This document shows positions 51,701 through 63,565 of a DNA stretch of 64,000 bases, one piece after another. The position numbers and the translations under genes are program-made. Position 1 is the stretch's first letter, and each line of letters begins with the position of its first letter. The DNA comes from Octopus sinensis (taxonomy: Eukaryota), in NCBI RefSeq assembly GCF_006345805.1, contig NC_043022.1, positions 12,152,001 through 12,216,000 on the forward strand, in the 5' to 3' direction. Below the pieces are notes generated by a model. It was not told where the DNA came from. It saw only the letters and a program-made list of their open reading frames with translations, and ran no database searches.

Positions 51701-53673
51701 ACGGAGAAGGAACTGAAAGAAGCGAAAGAGAGGGAGAAGCACTTCCAGGCTGCGAGTCTGTGTGGTGCTGTGACGATAGAACAAGTACGCAGCTTACTGA
51801 GTGAGTGGTTGCAACCGTCGCGGGGTAAGTTGATCCTCACTGTGATATGACTGAAACAAGTAAAAGAATAAAAGAATATATACATATATTTGCCGGTGGC
51901 ACGTAAAAAGCACCATCCGTCCGTGGCCATTTGCCAGCTCCGTCTGGCACCTGTGTGGGTGGCACGTAAAAATGCACCTACTACACTCACGGAGTGGTTG
52001 GCGTTAGGAATGGCATCCAGCCGTAGAAACACTGCCAGATCAGACTGGGCCTGATGCAGCCTTCTGGCTTCACAGACCCCAGTTGCACCGTCCAACCCAT
52101 GCTAGCATGGAAAGCGGACGCTAAATGATGATGATGATGATTTGTGTGTGTATGTATGTATATAATTTGTATTGATTGGGACTTTAAGTTTCACCTTACA
52201 GTTTAATGTTTTATAAGCCATTGGGCAAAACTTCAAAATCCCTGTCAACACAAATTTTATTGTAATCTTGACTTTCCTCTCACTATTGTATCCTCCCTTC
52301 CCCCTACCTTCAGTAAATGTTCTGTTGTTTTCTTAAGCTTGTTTTAAAATGATTCCCTCCAATGCATCTTGGTTCTTTTACGAACATGGTCAATGCCAAT
52401 GCTGCTGCCTGAGTGGCTCTCTTGTGCCAGTAGCATGCAAAAAGCGCCATTCAAGCATGGTCAATGCCAGTGCTGCCTGACTGGCCCCTGTGCTGGTGGC
52501 ACGTAAAAAGGGGTTGGCATTAGGAAGGACATCCAGCTGTAGAAACCTTGCCAGATGCAGCCTCCTGACTTGCCACTCCTCAGTCAAAACAATCCAACCC
52601 ATGCCAGCATGGAAAGCAGACATTAAATGATGATAATGATGATGATGATGATGAACCTCAATTCAACATTTATATATATATATATGTGTGTGTGTTTGTG
52701 TGTATATTATCAATATGTTTGTTTTACTTACTCCAGCGCCCTGCCCTGATGATGAGCAGTTTGTGATAAAGTACCTGAAAGATCTCATTTACAGTAAAAA
52801 TCTGGAACAGCTTGACTTGGTGTTGAAATTCCTCTACAGGTGAGTATGTGTGCGTGTATGTATGTGGTTAATTAGTCTGCTTGTATCTAGTGGTGTGGAG
52901 GCGCAATGGCCCGGTGTTTAGGGCAGCAGACTCGCAGTTATAGGATCTCGGTTTCGATTCCCAGACCGGGCATTGTGAGTGTTTATTGAGTGAAAATACC
53001 TAAAGCTCTATGAGGCTCCGGCAGGGGATGGTGGTGATCCCTGCTGTACTCTTTCGTCACAACTTTCTCTCACTCTTTCTTCTGTTGGCCTGCTCGCTTA
53101 GCCAGCGGTGTGGCATCATTTGAAGACTAAAACAATGCAAAGCGCATTGTGTCCAGCGATGTGTAACAACATCTGATAGCCTCGTCGGTCACGGTGATAT
53201 CTAGTGTTACCAATATATCAATATGCTTCATAGAATTAGTAAGCTTTAGCTAATAGCAAGGAGGTGTGAATTGTCTGATATTCCCCATTCTAGGCCCTTA
53301 ACTGAACCAGAAGGGCAGTACATATATATATATGTGTGTGTGTATGTATATATATATATATGTGTATGTATGTATGTATATATATATATATACACACATA
53401 TATATATGAAAGACACACACACATGTTTGTTTGTATACAGTGTGTGTATGACTCGGTGTTAGCATATAAATGTATATATACATATGAATGTCCATGTGTA
53501 GAATATATATTTAAGTATATGAATTCTTTGTTTTTTGTTGTAGAAAAATGGGGAAACTTTCTACAGAAGATTGGTGGAAAAGTCTGAAGAGAGTTGTTGA
53601 TGACGTCCAGTGTGTAATGATAGCAGAATATAACACCCCCCTACAGCTTAGTTTCTCTATCCCTGTTACATGA
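26960..53673 (+). CDS. REV1: DNA repair protein REV1 (Y-family deoxycytidyl transferase), 20 coding exons, about 1314 aa
   Basis: Exons 26960-27064, 29037-29169, 29946-30114, 30858-31059, 32430-32814, 34060-34347, 35807-36120, 36843-36967, 38700-38854, 39992-40111, 40496-40716, 42607-42751, 44004-44134, 45449-45708, 46258-46384, 49346-49639, 50736-51077, 51629-51824, 52737-52839, 53544-53673 sum to 3945 nt; all GT-AG with compatible phases. Confidence 0.95.
27330..27570 (+). mobile_element. LINE-like 3' end family (also about 42020-42240 and 63720-63950)
   Basis: Shared terminus gcccttg(t/c)ggc(c/t)aataaa..gaa(TTA)n. Confidence 0.55.
29037..29169 (+). CDS. REV1: REV1 exon 2 (BRCT start)
   Basis: GGYMNAKKKKL...IFKDVTIYINGYT; gtaagt donor. 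Confidence 0.95.
29529..29747. mobile_element. piggyBac-type MITE (second family)
   Basis: TTAA-CCCTTTAGTGTT...AACACTAAAGGG-TTAA. Confidence 0.88.
29946..30114 (+). CDS. REV1: REV1 exon 3 (BRCT)
   Basis: PSSDELKRLMMIHGG...THIITTNL...VVHPDWI. Confidence 0.95.
30858..31059 (+). CDS. REV1: REV1 exon 4 (BRCT end, linker)
   Basis: SIEAERLLPCQPFLLY; donor at 31060 or 31066, both phase 0. Confidence 0.85.
32430..32814 (+). CDS. REV1: REV1 exon 5 (low-complexity linker)
   Basis: Open frame with ctag acceptor and gtttgt donor; phases 0/1 bridge exons 4 and 6; no sequence conservation used. Confidence 0.7.
34060..34347 (+). CDS. REV1: REV1 exon 6 (N-digit, first catalytic Asp)
   Basis: FYTNSRLHHLSTWK...IMHIDMDSFFVAV. 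Confidence 0.97.
35807..36120 (+). CDS. REV1: REV1 exon 7
   Basis: KPVAVTH...EIASCNYVARQ. Confidence 0.95.
36145..36530. repeat. Degenerate (ATTGGTTAGTA)-type cryptic repeat
   Basis: About 13 GTTAGT copies and an internal duplication of about 65 bp. Confidence 0.85.
36843..36967 (+). CDS. REV1: REV1 exon 8
   Basis: FGLKNGMFVGDALKLCPD. Confidence 0.97.
38229..38449 (-). mobile_element. piggyBac-type MITE, reverse orientation
   Basis: Reverse complement of the 11711 and 38882 copies; TTAA flanks. Confidence 0.85.
38700..38854 (+). CDS. REV1: REV1 exon 9 (catalytic SCDE)
   Basis: YTHDIEAISCDEMFVD...TGCTASAGL. Confidence 0.97.
38882..39102 (+). mobile_element. piggyBac-type MITE, forward orientation
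   Basis: TTAA-CCCTTTCGTTAC...GTAACGAAAGGG-TTAA, perfect 12-bp TIR. Confidence 0.9.
39992..40111 (+). CDS. REV1: REV1 exon 10
   Basis: GPNILVARLATIRAKPNGQF. Confidence 0.97.
40496..40716 (+). CDS. REV1: REV1 exon 11 (thumb, little finger start)
   Basis: GVGRSM...FGQKTGQMLY...RKSVSAEINYGIRFT. Confidence 0.97.
41635..41940 (+). mobile_element. tRNA-derived SINE family D (GTGGAGGCGCAATGGCC head); copies 52893-53200(+), 45885-46185(-), 50215-50490(-, different tail)
   Basis: tRNA-like head with gtttcgattccc B-box and shared tail tgtgaccagcgatgtgtagcaacatctga. Confidence 0.82.
42240..42600. repeat. Compound (ATT/GTT/ATC)n trinucleotide block
   Basis: Directly visible. Confidence 0.95.
42607..42751 (+). 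CDS. REV1: REV1 exon 12
   Basis: ESDMEDFLLNLSGEVERRL...ITLKLMVRREDAPLETAKYM. Confidence 0.95.
42810..43255. repeat. Compound (ATC/ACC)n trinucleotide block
   Basis: Directly visible; source of poly-H/poly-S/poly-D ORFs. Confidence 0.95.
43442..43649. mobile_element. hAT (Charlie-like) MITE
   Basis: TIRs CAGGGGTTCCCAAC / GTTGGGAACCACTG; 8-bp flanks ttttgtat/ttttatac partly match. Confidence 0.7.
44004..44134 (+). CDS. REV1: REV1 exon 13
   Basis: GHGLCNNISR...ATDNA...LRG. Confidence 0.96.
44917..45354. repeat. Fold-back element (about 130-bp inverted arms, Penelope-terminus-like) with tRNA-like spacer
   Basis: 44917-45047 is the reverse complement of 45155-45194 plus 45264-45354. Confidence 0.85.
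45449..45708 (+). CDS. REV1: REV1 exon 14
   Basis: VGITIQRL (human VGIHVNQL equivalent) then low-complexity linker; donor inferred from phase. Confidence 0.82.
46258..46384 (+). CDS. REV1: REV1 exon 15 (UBM1 start)
   Basis: ...EDFLPSPSQ/gtatct. Confidence 0.85.
49346..49639 (+). CDS. REV1: REV1 exon 16 (UBM1 end, UBM2 start)
   Basis: VDENVLKELPDDICNQIK...LLPNLSQ/gtaagg. Confidence 0.92.
50736..51077 (+). CDS. REV1: REV1 exon 17 (UBM2 end, SPxK repeats)
   Basis: LDESCFNALPEDIQEEMK...KKSPTKKSPTKK... Confidence 0.92.
51130..51530. repeat. Pyrimidine-rich (CTCCATTC-like) low-complexity tract
   Basis: Directly visible. Confidence 0.85.
51629..51824 (+). CDS. REV1: REV1 exon 18 (CTD start)
   Basis: SLCGAVTIEQVRSLLSEW, equivalent to human NLAGAVEFNDVKTLLREW. 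Confidence 0.92.
52737..52839 (+). CDS. REV1: REV1 exon 19 (CTD)
   Basis: PCPDDEQFVIKYLKDLIYSKNLEQLDLVLKFLYR. Confidence 0.95.
53544..53673 (+). CDS. REV1: REV1 exon 20 (CTD end, stop)
   Basis: KMGKLSTEDWWKSLKRVVDDVQCVMIAEYNTPLQLSFSIPVT*. Confidence 0.92.
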
Positions 53674-54562
53674 CCATCACTTGACCATAACCTATCTTGA
53701 GGCCTCGTCATCATTTGACCTTACTCATGTCATCACCTGACCATCTATCAGTGACCACCACTTAACACAGGCTTAGCCATCATCTGATCACATCTTGATT
53801 CACTTGACCATCACTCAACTGTCATCTCATCCTCATGTGACCATCGCTTCACTGTCATGTGACTATTTGGTAACTTGTCAGGTGACCATCACTTTACCAT
53901 CATATGACCATTAGCTGAGTGTAAGGTAATTCATCACCTAACCATTGAGTGACCATCACTTTACCATCATGCGATCATCTTGTGACCATCACTCTGCCAT
54001 CAGGTGGTCATCATTTTACTACAGGCTGACCATCTTGTGACCATCACTTTGCCTTCAGGACTCTATCACTTTACCATTGTGTGACCATAAGATGACCTTA
54101 AGGTAACCATCATGTGAAATTCTGGAGACCATCATTTAATCATGTGATTATAAATTGACCACAAGGTGATCATCACTTCATTGCTGAGCAACTGTTGGCT
54201 GACCACCACATGACCATCACTTTATCATTGTGTAACCATACTGTGACCATCACTTCATCACTGAGTGGCCATTGGCTGACCATCATGTAACCGTTGTATA
54301 ACCATATGAAATTCTGGTGACCATCACTTCACCATCCAGTAACATTAAGCTGACCATCACCTGACCATAAGACCATCGCTATACCATCGTAATATGTTGA
54401 CTATAAGATGGTCATCACCTCACCATTCAGTGGCTATTGCCTGACTATCATGCAACTATCTGGTGATTATGCAACCATCTGGTGACCAGTAGCTGACCAT
54501 CAGTTCATCCAATAACCATTACCTGACCATCATGCAACCATCAGGCGATCCTCAAGTGACCA
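53671..54562 (+). repeat. Degenerate TGACCATCAC repeat in putative REV1 3' UTR
   Basis: At least 10 exact decamers plus many one-off variants in about 890 bp. Confidence 0.9.
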
Positions 54563-55012
54563 GTACAGTAAAAGTGTTTTGAGATGCGAAACATCTTTTT
54601 CTTTTGTCTTTTGTATATATTTTAAAACTTGATTTTATATTTAATTGTTTTTTCCCCCTCTATTTTGAAGATAATTTTAATGAAGCAAGATTCGTTAACC
54701 TTAATTGATTATTTTAAGACAAATATCAAACCTGAAGAGCTCTTGTTTGCCTTTCACAATGGTTGCCACCACCAAACAAGTACAATAATACCACCACCAC
54801 AGCCAACAACAACAACAATAATATTACCATCAAAACTCAACCACTAACAATATTACCATCACTTCCACTGCCAACAATACCAACAACAGCACCATTATCA
54901 CCACCACCAACAACAACAACAGCAAAAATCACCACTACCACCACCACCACCAACTACAACAATATTATGATAGTATTGTAGATTTATGTATATATATGTA
55001 TATAGTGAAGGC

Positions 55013-55340
55013 GCGTGGCTCAGTGGTTAGAGCGTCAAGCTTACGATCGTGAGGTTGTGAGCTTGAATCCCGGACCAGGCTGCGTGTTGTGTTCTTGAGC
55101 AAAACACTTTATTTCACGTTGCTCCAGTTCACTCGGCAGTAGAAATGAGTTGCGACGTCACTGGTGCCAAGCTGTATCGACCTTTGTCTTTCCCTTGGAT
55201 AACACTGGTGGCGTGGAGAGGGGAGGCTGGTATGCATGGGCGACTGCTGGTCTTCCATAAAACAACCTTGCCCAGACTTGTGCCTCAGAGGGTAACTCTC
55301 TAGGTGCAAACCCATGGTCAGTGTCTGACCGATGGGGGTC
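55013..55340 (+). mobile_element. tRNA-derived SINE (GAAGGCGCGTGGCTCAGTGG head)
   Basis: A/B-box head; central segment shared with the SINE at 6480-6715. Confidence 0.7.
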
Positions 55341-56039
55341 ACCATTACCATGTATATATATAAGACAGTGCCATGTAAAAGCACCCAGCACATTCTATAA
55401 AGTGGTTCACATTAGGAAGGGCATCCAGGTTTGGAAATTATGCCAAATCAGACCAGGGTCTGGTGTAGCTCCCCAGCTTGCCAGCTCTGGTCAAACTGTC
55501 CAACCCATGCCAGCATGGACAACAGACATTAAATGATGATGATGATGCTGATACATATGAATGATGGGTTTCTTTCAGTTTCTATCACCCAAATCCATTG
55601 GCAAGGTTCCAGGTGACTTGGAGCTATAGTAGAAGACACTTGCCAAAGATGGTATGCAGTGGTACTGAACTCAAGACCACATGGGTGGGACGCAAGCTTC
55701 TTAACCCCACAGCCATGCCAGGAATGAAAAGGAGAAAATGATGAATTATGTATTAAGAAGAAAGTGATGGGCTCGAGACTAAGGTGGTAGATTGCAGACA
55801 GCTTGATCCATGGTTCAAACCCTGTTACTGCTGTTGCAGCTGCAAACATTATATTGGAACCTCTTTTGTACATAAATCTACTTGCCTTCGACAGGATTTG
55901 AACTCACAGCATATGGGGTTGTAACTAAATACTGCCAGGCACTTCCGACAAAACTCTACTGCTGCTGCCACTTCACCACCACCACCACCACTACAATAAT
56001 AATAAAAATATTAATAATAATAATAATAATAATTATAAT

Positions 56040-58472
56040 AAAAATAATAAAAATACACCGGGGGACGTTTAAGGGAAATACACCGGGGGGACATTTAAGA
56101 TGTAAGAACGATAAAACAGGGCTCCGAAATCTATCCACAAACATCGAAAACAAGGACATCGTATGGAGCCAAAGGATTGGACTGTACCCGAGTAAGTAAT
56201 ACTCATTGAAATTTATTACTCTTTTCCAAACGAAATGATGTATTTTGACTCGATATCATCTCCACCTCTAACACAACACATGTAAACATGTGTGGAACAT
56301 TACGATCCATCAACACCAGATCATCCCCAACCCCAAACACCATGTACAAAGGAACTATGAAGAAATTAAATACCACCGATATTATTCAACCCAAGAATAA
56401 CAATCGGGAGGTACGTACTTTAAACTTACAACACAAAATGTACGAAAAACTACACGTGCAAAACAATGTGACAACAGAAATGAACGGACCGGTACCCTAC
56501 GAAAATGACGACCGTCAAAATAATGGGCCGGACGTTGTTCCTCATGTCCCGCAAATAAAACCCAAAAGACATAAATGGACACGTGAGGAATACATTTCTA
56601 TCCTACACGCATACTTCACAGCAGTGCTCTAGCCAAAAAATGAAAACACAACAACACATACATATAAAATATGGAAGGAAAATAACATAAATATAGACCT
56701 GGATACAGCAATGAACCCTAATAAACTAGCTAACGTACGAAGATACATTCTCAACGCAAAAAAAAATATCAGAAATAGAAATAGAACAACTAAAAGAAAA
56801 AATACACCAGGAAAATGTAGATAGAAGCCACACAACAATGTCCAATAATATAAACACTGAAACAGTAAAACACGAAGACAAACGTAACATTCCCAACAAA
56901 CACGATGTAAATAAAAAACAACAAACCCAGACCGTAAGGATGCATAATAATACACGACAAACAGCAAGCCAAAATACGGCAAACAAACATATAAGAAAGA
57001 AAGCGACACAAATCTAAAACCTGGAAACAATGAAGGGGAGCCTAATGATTATGATAATATAAAAAGTAAAATAGTCAAAGAACTGAAAACCACAGAGCTC
57101 AAAATGGACCACCGACCATACCTCCCAAAAATCAAAATAGACAAAACAACAACACCAATTATAAACAGCATAAACCTAGCCGTCACAGAACTAATAGCCA
57201 CTGAAACAAAAAAAAGTGATATCACTGAGCTAAATGACTTAGTATACGCAGCAGCCACTGCAGCCACAAAAGAAGCTGGATACTCACTCAAACCCATCCA
57301 AACAGGAGTACCACCACCCAAACAAACCCTGTGGATAAATAACATCCAAAACAAAATACAAAAAATAAGAAAAGATCTGTCGATTCTAAATGAAATCAGT
57401 AGACAATCAACGCTACTGAGCAACAAAAAGAAAACAAAAATACTCCGCAAATATAACATCACAGAAAAAGATTTACCTGAGATAAAAGAAAAGCTGAAGC
57501 AAGATATCCTTGCCAAAACACAAAGGATCTGCCGGTACGAGAAACAAAAAGTTCAACTCCAACCCAAAAAAGTTCTACCAAGAACTTGGCAAAAATAAAA
57601 TAGAAATCACTGCAGCACCAACGGCAGAAAAAGTGGAAGAATTCTGGAGAGAAATATGGTCGGCGAATGAACAACCAAAAAAAAGAAGTATTAAAAGCAG
57701 AGACAGAGGGATTTTTAATTGCAGCACAAGACCAAAGCCTCCCCACCAGAAATTACCAAAAACATGTAATGAAAAGAAATATAACAAGTAACTGCAGAAT
57801 ATGTGGAGATGGACAAGAAACAATAAATCATATTATCTCTGGCTGCCCAGTCCTGGCTAAGAAGGAATATATTCACAGACATGACAGAGTTGGAACCTAC
57901 ATACACTGGAAGCTATGCCAACATTATGGAATAACAACAGAAAAAAGATGGTATAGGCACACACCAGAAAAGGTCACAGAAAACGAGAAAGCAACCATAC
58001 TCTGGGATATGCTGATACATACAGATAGAGAAATTAAGGCCAACAGACCAGATATAGTTGTCAGAGATCATGAAGAAAAAAATGCTTTCTAATTGATGTA
58101 TCAATACTGGCAGATGACAACGTGTCTCTAAAAGAAATGGAGAAACTTTCAAAATACAAAGACCTGGAAATAGAGGTAACCAGAATGTGGAATCTAAAAA
58201 CAGAAACAATTCCTATCATAGTAGGTTCATTAGGCATGATAAAAGAATATTCAGACAAATACATAACAAAAACACCAGGACTTACAAACACATATAACAT
58301 ACAGAAAATTGCACTACTAGGCACTGCACACATCCTACGCAGAACACTTTCCATACAATAACCATCAGAGCATCACAACAAATCACAGCACATACCTAAG
58401 GCACACAGAGCTGCGCTCGGTAGTTAAATGAAAGCACGCTATAAAAATAAAACTACTGAATAATAATAATAA
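56040..58472 (+). mobile_element. R4/Dong-like RLE non-LTR retrotransposon, internally deleted (RT missing), with 3' UTR and (AAT)n tail
   Basis: ETEGFLIAAQDQSL, CRICGDGQETINHIISGC zinc knuckle, RHDRV, NRPDIVV, KLSKYKDL, IQKIALLGTAHILRR; several frameshifts. Confidence 0.9.
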
Positions 58473-58475
58473 AAA

Positions 58476-59200
58476 TGTTTTATGATTCACTTTCACCACT
58501 AATTTTCTGCATAGCACTAATACCACTTTCAAGTGAACTGAATAGAACAGGGTATGGCTACAAAATTGACAACAGGAAAATAAGCCATCTGTTTTATATG
58601 GATGATTTAAAACTATATGGCAAAGATGATGAAGAGCTTGAAGGACTACGACATACTGTGAAAGAATTCAGTGATGATATCGGGATGGAGTTTGGCCTTG
58701 AAAAGTGTGCCAAAGCCACTTTTAAGAAAGAGAAATTGGTAAAGTCAAATTCAATTGAATTAGATGTCGAAACAGTAATAAAGGAACTTGAGCAGGAACA
58801 AACCTATAAATACCTAGGCATAAAAGAAGGCTCTGGTATCCAGCATGCAAGTATGAAGGAGAAGGTTAGGAAGGAATGTTATAGAAGAGTTCGAGCAGTC
58901 TTGAAGTCTGTGCTGAATGCATATAATAAGGTGTTAGCCATAAATTCCTTAGCAGTACCAGTTGTTCTTTATAGCTTCAATGTGCTTAACTGGAATACCA
59001 GTGAAATAATGAAAATTGACAGAAAAATCCGCAAGCTACTGACTTGTAATAAGATGCACCATCCAAAGGCAGACGAGGATCGTCTTTACCTTCCCAGAGC
59101 TCAGGGAGGTCGAGGCTTGATCCAGCTTTAACTTATGTACAAAGCTACCACAATCGGACTGGCCAAATACCTTGAAACAACCAATGATTGGATGCTAAAA
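58476..59200 (+). mobile_element. R4/Dong-like reverse transcriptase fragment
   Basis: DSLSPLIFCIAL, SHLFYMDDLKLY, IGMEFGLEKCA, YKYLGI, RLYLPRAQGGRGL. Confidence 0.93.
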
Positions 59201-60959
59201 CTTACCATCCGAAAGGATGAAAGGCAAAGTTGACTCTGATGGAATTTGAACTCAGAACATAAAGTGCTGGAAGAAATCCAGCTAAGCATTTTACTTGGTG
59301 TGCTAACGATTCTGCCAGCTCACTGCCTTCACTTCAAGAATAAGAAAAAGAAAGTGAAACAATGGTTTCAGTACTGCATTATCCAATATGTCCCTTCTTT
59401 TACTAAGGCAGTGTAAGGTGAGGAAGGAATTTGGTTGTTATTTCTAGCAGGTCATTTGACAACATAGAGGCTCAATCATTGGTTTGTGTGATTCCTCAAC
59501 TGTGATATCATTTGAAATGTGGAATCGCGTTTTATGGTTCTTTGTAAGATTGCATGAAGTACATTCTGTGATAATTGTAATTGGAAAATATTAAAATTAA
59601 TTTCAAAAATTGGGGAGAAAAAATTCTACAAAAATAAAATTGTTAAATTCTTTGCTTATTGAATAAAATTGTATTTATTTATACTTAAAGATACACTTCA
59701 TTTTAATAGCTCTGAGGAAGCTATAGGATGTTGCACAGGTACTCATCTATGAGTATACTGCTTCTTATAGCTGAAACAGCTGTTAGCTAATGAAAGTGAT
59801 TATGTAATTCCTGTTCTCTTGTTGTTCATTAATTAATATTATGTTCTAATCACCTAATGATTTTTGTCCTAAGACATAAGTTTATTGAGTTCTAACAACT
59901 GATTATTAGTATCATTATATATATTCTTTTATGTGTCAGTCATTTGGCTGCGGCCATGCTGGAGCATCGCCTCTAGTCGAACAAATTGACCCCAGGACTT
60001 TTTCTTTGTAAGCCTAGTACTTATTTTATTGGTCACTTTTTGCCGAATCGCTAAGTTACGGGGACGTAAACACACCAACATTGGTTGTCAAGCGATGGTG
60101 GGAGAACAGACAGACACACATAATGGGCTTCAGCATAATAGCCAAAACAAATCATCATCTTCGTTTAGCGTCTGCTTTCCATGCTAGCATGGGTTGGACG
60201 GTGCAACTGGGGTCTGGGAAGCTAGAAGGCTGCACCAGGCTCCAGTCTGATCTGGCAATGTTTCTACAGCTGGATGCCCTTCCTAACACCAACCACTCCG
60301 TGAGTGTAGTGGGTGCTTTTTACGTGCCACCGGCACAGGTGCCAGATGGGGCTGGCAAACGGCCACGGTCGGATGGTGCTTTTTACGTGCCACTGGCACG
60401 GGGGTCAGGTGAGGCTGGCAAACGGCCACAATCGGATGGTGCTTTTTACACGCCACCGGCACGGGGGTGCCAAGGCTTATATTCTTTTCAAAATTAGGCA
60501 GCGCACCTGAACTAAAAATATAGTTAAAAGTATAGGGACAAAGATTATATTGAGGTTTGTCCCTAACAGTATATAAAAGTTACAAATTCATGCACACAGG
60601 TACAAATATATGGCTGTCTGTATGTCTCTGTCTGTCTGTGCGTCTCTCTTTCTCTTTCTCATACAAACACACACACACACACACACAAACACACGTGCAA
60701 AGGATGTTTACGTTTCAGCTTTCAGAGCCTACATCACGATTAAGATATAGAGCGTGGGGTGGGGGGGGGGAATGTCTGTGTGTATGTATGGGAGTATGTA
60801 TGTGTGTGTGGTGTGTGTGTGTGTAAAAGAATTTATTCAGTGGTAAACATGTCAGGTCATTGGAGGAGGTGGTGGTGTCTGTTCTTATTCCTGTCACCTG
60901 ACATCACACCTCCCCACCCACCCCGCACACTTGGTCAGCCATGAATTTGCTTGGTGTTT

Positions 60960-61940
60960 ATAAACCACCACCACTATCACCACTTCTGTACCATTACTCA
61001 CACGTTTACTGCCATCACAACCTCCACCACCATCACTATTATCACCTCTAGCCACATACTCACACACACACACACACACACACACACTGAGAGGTACACA
61101 TAATGGTTGAAATACACATATATGCCCTCCCCTACACTCACACACACACACGCAAGTACTCATACTTAGCTTGACAGAGAGAGAGAAGAGAGTGAAATTT
61201 CCTTCACCATACACATACATGTAAAGGTACACACACACAATCAGGCATAGACATACACATACATACATGCTCTCATATATAACCACACACACACACAGAT
61301 ATACCACTTCCATACGCATACAGGTATACTTATAAAGGCACACACAAGTAATCACACATTGCCAGGTATCTACCCATACACATACACATACACACAGCCA
61401 CACATATACATGGCCATACACACACCACACATACATAGACACACACACAAATACACAGTCATATTCACCTGTATACACACACACAAAGCCATGCACACAC
61501 ACAATGACATACACATACACAGCCAATACAGACACAAACAGTCACGCACACACACACACAAACAGAGGCATACATGCACTCATACACAACCACACACACA
61601 CACATATACTACTTCCATACACAAACATGTTAACATACGCATACTGGTATACTTATAAAGGCACACACATATACACACAAGCACTCACACATAGACAGAC
61701 ACACACAATCACAAGTAATCACACATTGCCAGGTACCTACCCCCCACACATACACACTGCCACACACCCACACACACAGTCATGTTCACCTGTACAGACA
61801 CACACACACAAAGCCATGCACACACGCATACACAGCAGCACACAGACACAAATAAGCATAAACACAGTCACACACACACACCGTTTGCCTTCTCCATATA
61901 CTCATACATACAGTGACACACTGACACACACACACACCGC
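60960..61940. repeat. Degenerate (CA)n-rich tract with internal duplication (about 61308-61560 vs 61636-61830)
   Basis: catacgcatac.ggtatacttataaaggcacacac and caagtaatcacacattgccaggta each occur twice. Confidence 0.85.
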
Positions 61941-63114
61941 AGACCACTCAGGCTTGTTCCTTGCTGCTGTACTGGTGGTGTATATCACAAAAGGACTGTG
62001 GTCAGTTCAGGTGACATTGGCACTCATTGGTCTTAGCTGTCATTCCAGTATTTCCTCATCTATAGTGACCAGTGTCCAGTGGTGGTGGTCAGTTTAGAAA
62101 GGATACTGACATGTGGAGAACATTACTGAAAAATACCTTCTCATACGTAAGTCATAAAACTTGCCTCCTTCTTCTTCTTCTTCTTCTTCAACTGTTAACA
62201 CACATCATATTTGTTTTCTTCACATGATGGCAAATATATTTGTAAATATGTGTGTGTGTGTGTGTATGATCCAGGTTCAGTTCCACTGTGTGGTACCTTG
62301 AGCATGTGTCTTCTACAATAGCCCAGAGCTGATCAAAGCCTTGTGGGTGGATTTGGTAGATGGAAACTGAAAGAACCTGTTGTGTGTATGTGTATATGTT
62401 GGCATCAGGAAGGGCATCCAGCTATAGAAAAACCATGCTAAATCAGACTGGAGTCCGGTGCAGCCTTCCAGCTTACCAGCCCTGGTCAAACCTTCCAACC
62501 CATGCCAGCATGGACAACGGACATTAAATGAATATGATGATGATGATAATATATATATATATATTATCATTGGACAAAGCATATCTCTAAAATTGTCAAG
62601 AAGGCCGAGGGTGTCTTGGCATCACTCAGCAAGACTTTTGTTAGCCGCTCTCCAGCCATCTATTTAAAACTGTATACAGCTATGGTACGACCACACTTGG
62701 AATTCGCAACCAAACGCATACCCTCCATCAGACACCTACCATATTCTGAGTGCCTTGTTTCCCTGGGCATGGATTCACTGAAGCTCCGGCGTCTGGCGAC
62801 GGACTTGGTAAACACCCACAAGGTTATCAACCACCTCACCAACAACAACAACACTGAACACCTTTTTGATCTCCATGTGTCTAACACACGTGGACATGCC
62901 TACAAAGTCAGAAAACAGCACAGCTCCCATGACTTTCGGAAGCATTTTTTCACGCTCAGAGTTGCTGAAGCGTGGAATAAACTGCCTGCATCAGTTGTTG
63001 ACTGCCATGACACTGCATCCTTTAAGGCCCTCATGCTTCCCGAAATCCGTCGAAACTACACCTGATTATATATACACTTTAGATGAGTAGTAGTGCACCT
63101 GAGCACTGTACACA

Positions 63115-63148
<34 letters not shown>

Positions 63149-63532
63149 TATTATTATATATAGGCGCAGGAGTGGCTGTGTGGTAAGTAGCTTGCTTACC
63201 AACCACATGATTCTGGGATCAGTCCCACTGCGTGGCACCTTGGGCAAGCCTCAGGCCAACCAAAGCCTTGTGAGTAGATTTGGTAGGCGGAAACTGAAAG
63301 AAGCCCGTCGTATGTATATGTTTGTGTGTCTATGTTTGTCCCCCCAACATCGCTTGACAACCGATGCTGGTGTGTTTACGTCCCTGTAACTGAGCGGTTC
63401 GGCAAAAGAGACCGATAGAACAAGTACCAGGCTTACAAAGAATAAGTCCTGGGGATCGATCTGCTCGACTAAAGGCAGTGCTCCAGCATGGCCGCAGTCA
63501 AATGACTGCAGCAAGTAAAAGAGAGAAAGAGA

Positions 63533-63565
<33 letters not shown>

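Noticed and set aside
60705-60740. Further hammerhead-like relic (minus: GUGAUGU-AGGC..AGCU-GAAACGUA)
   Set aside because: Two core mismatches and weak stems; not supportable alone
60842-62097. Spliced membrane micro-protein from 60842-60934 joined to 61943-62097
   Set aside because: Second acceptor has no pyrimidine tract, donor is weak, no homology recognised
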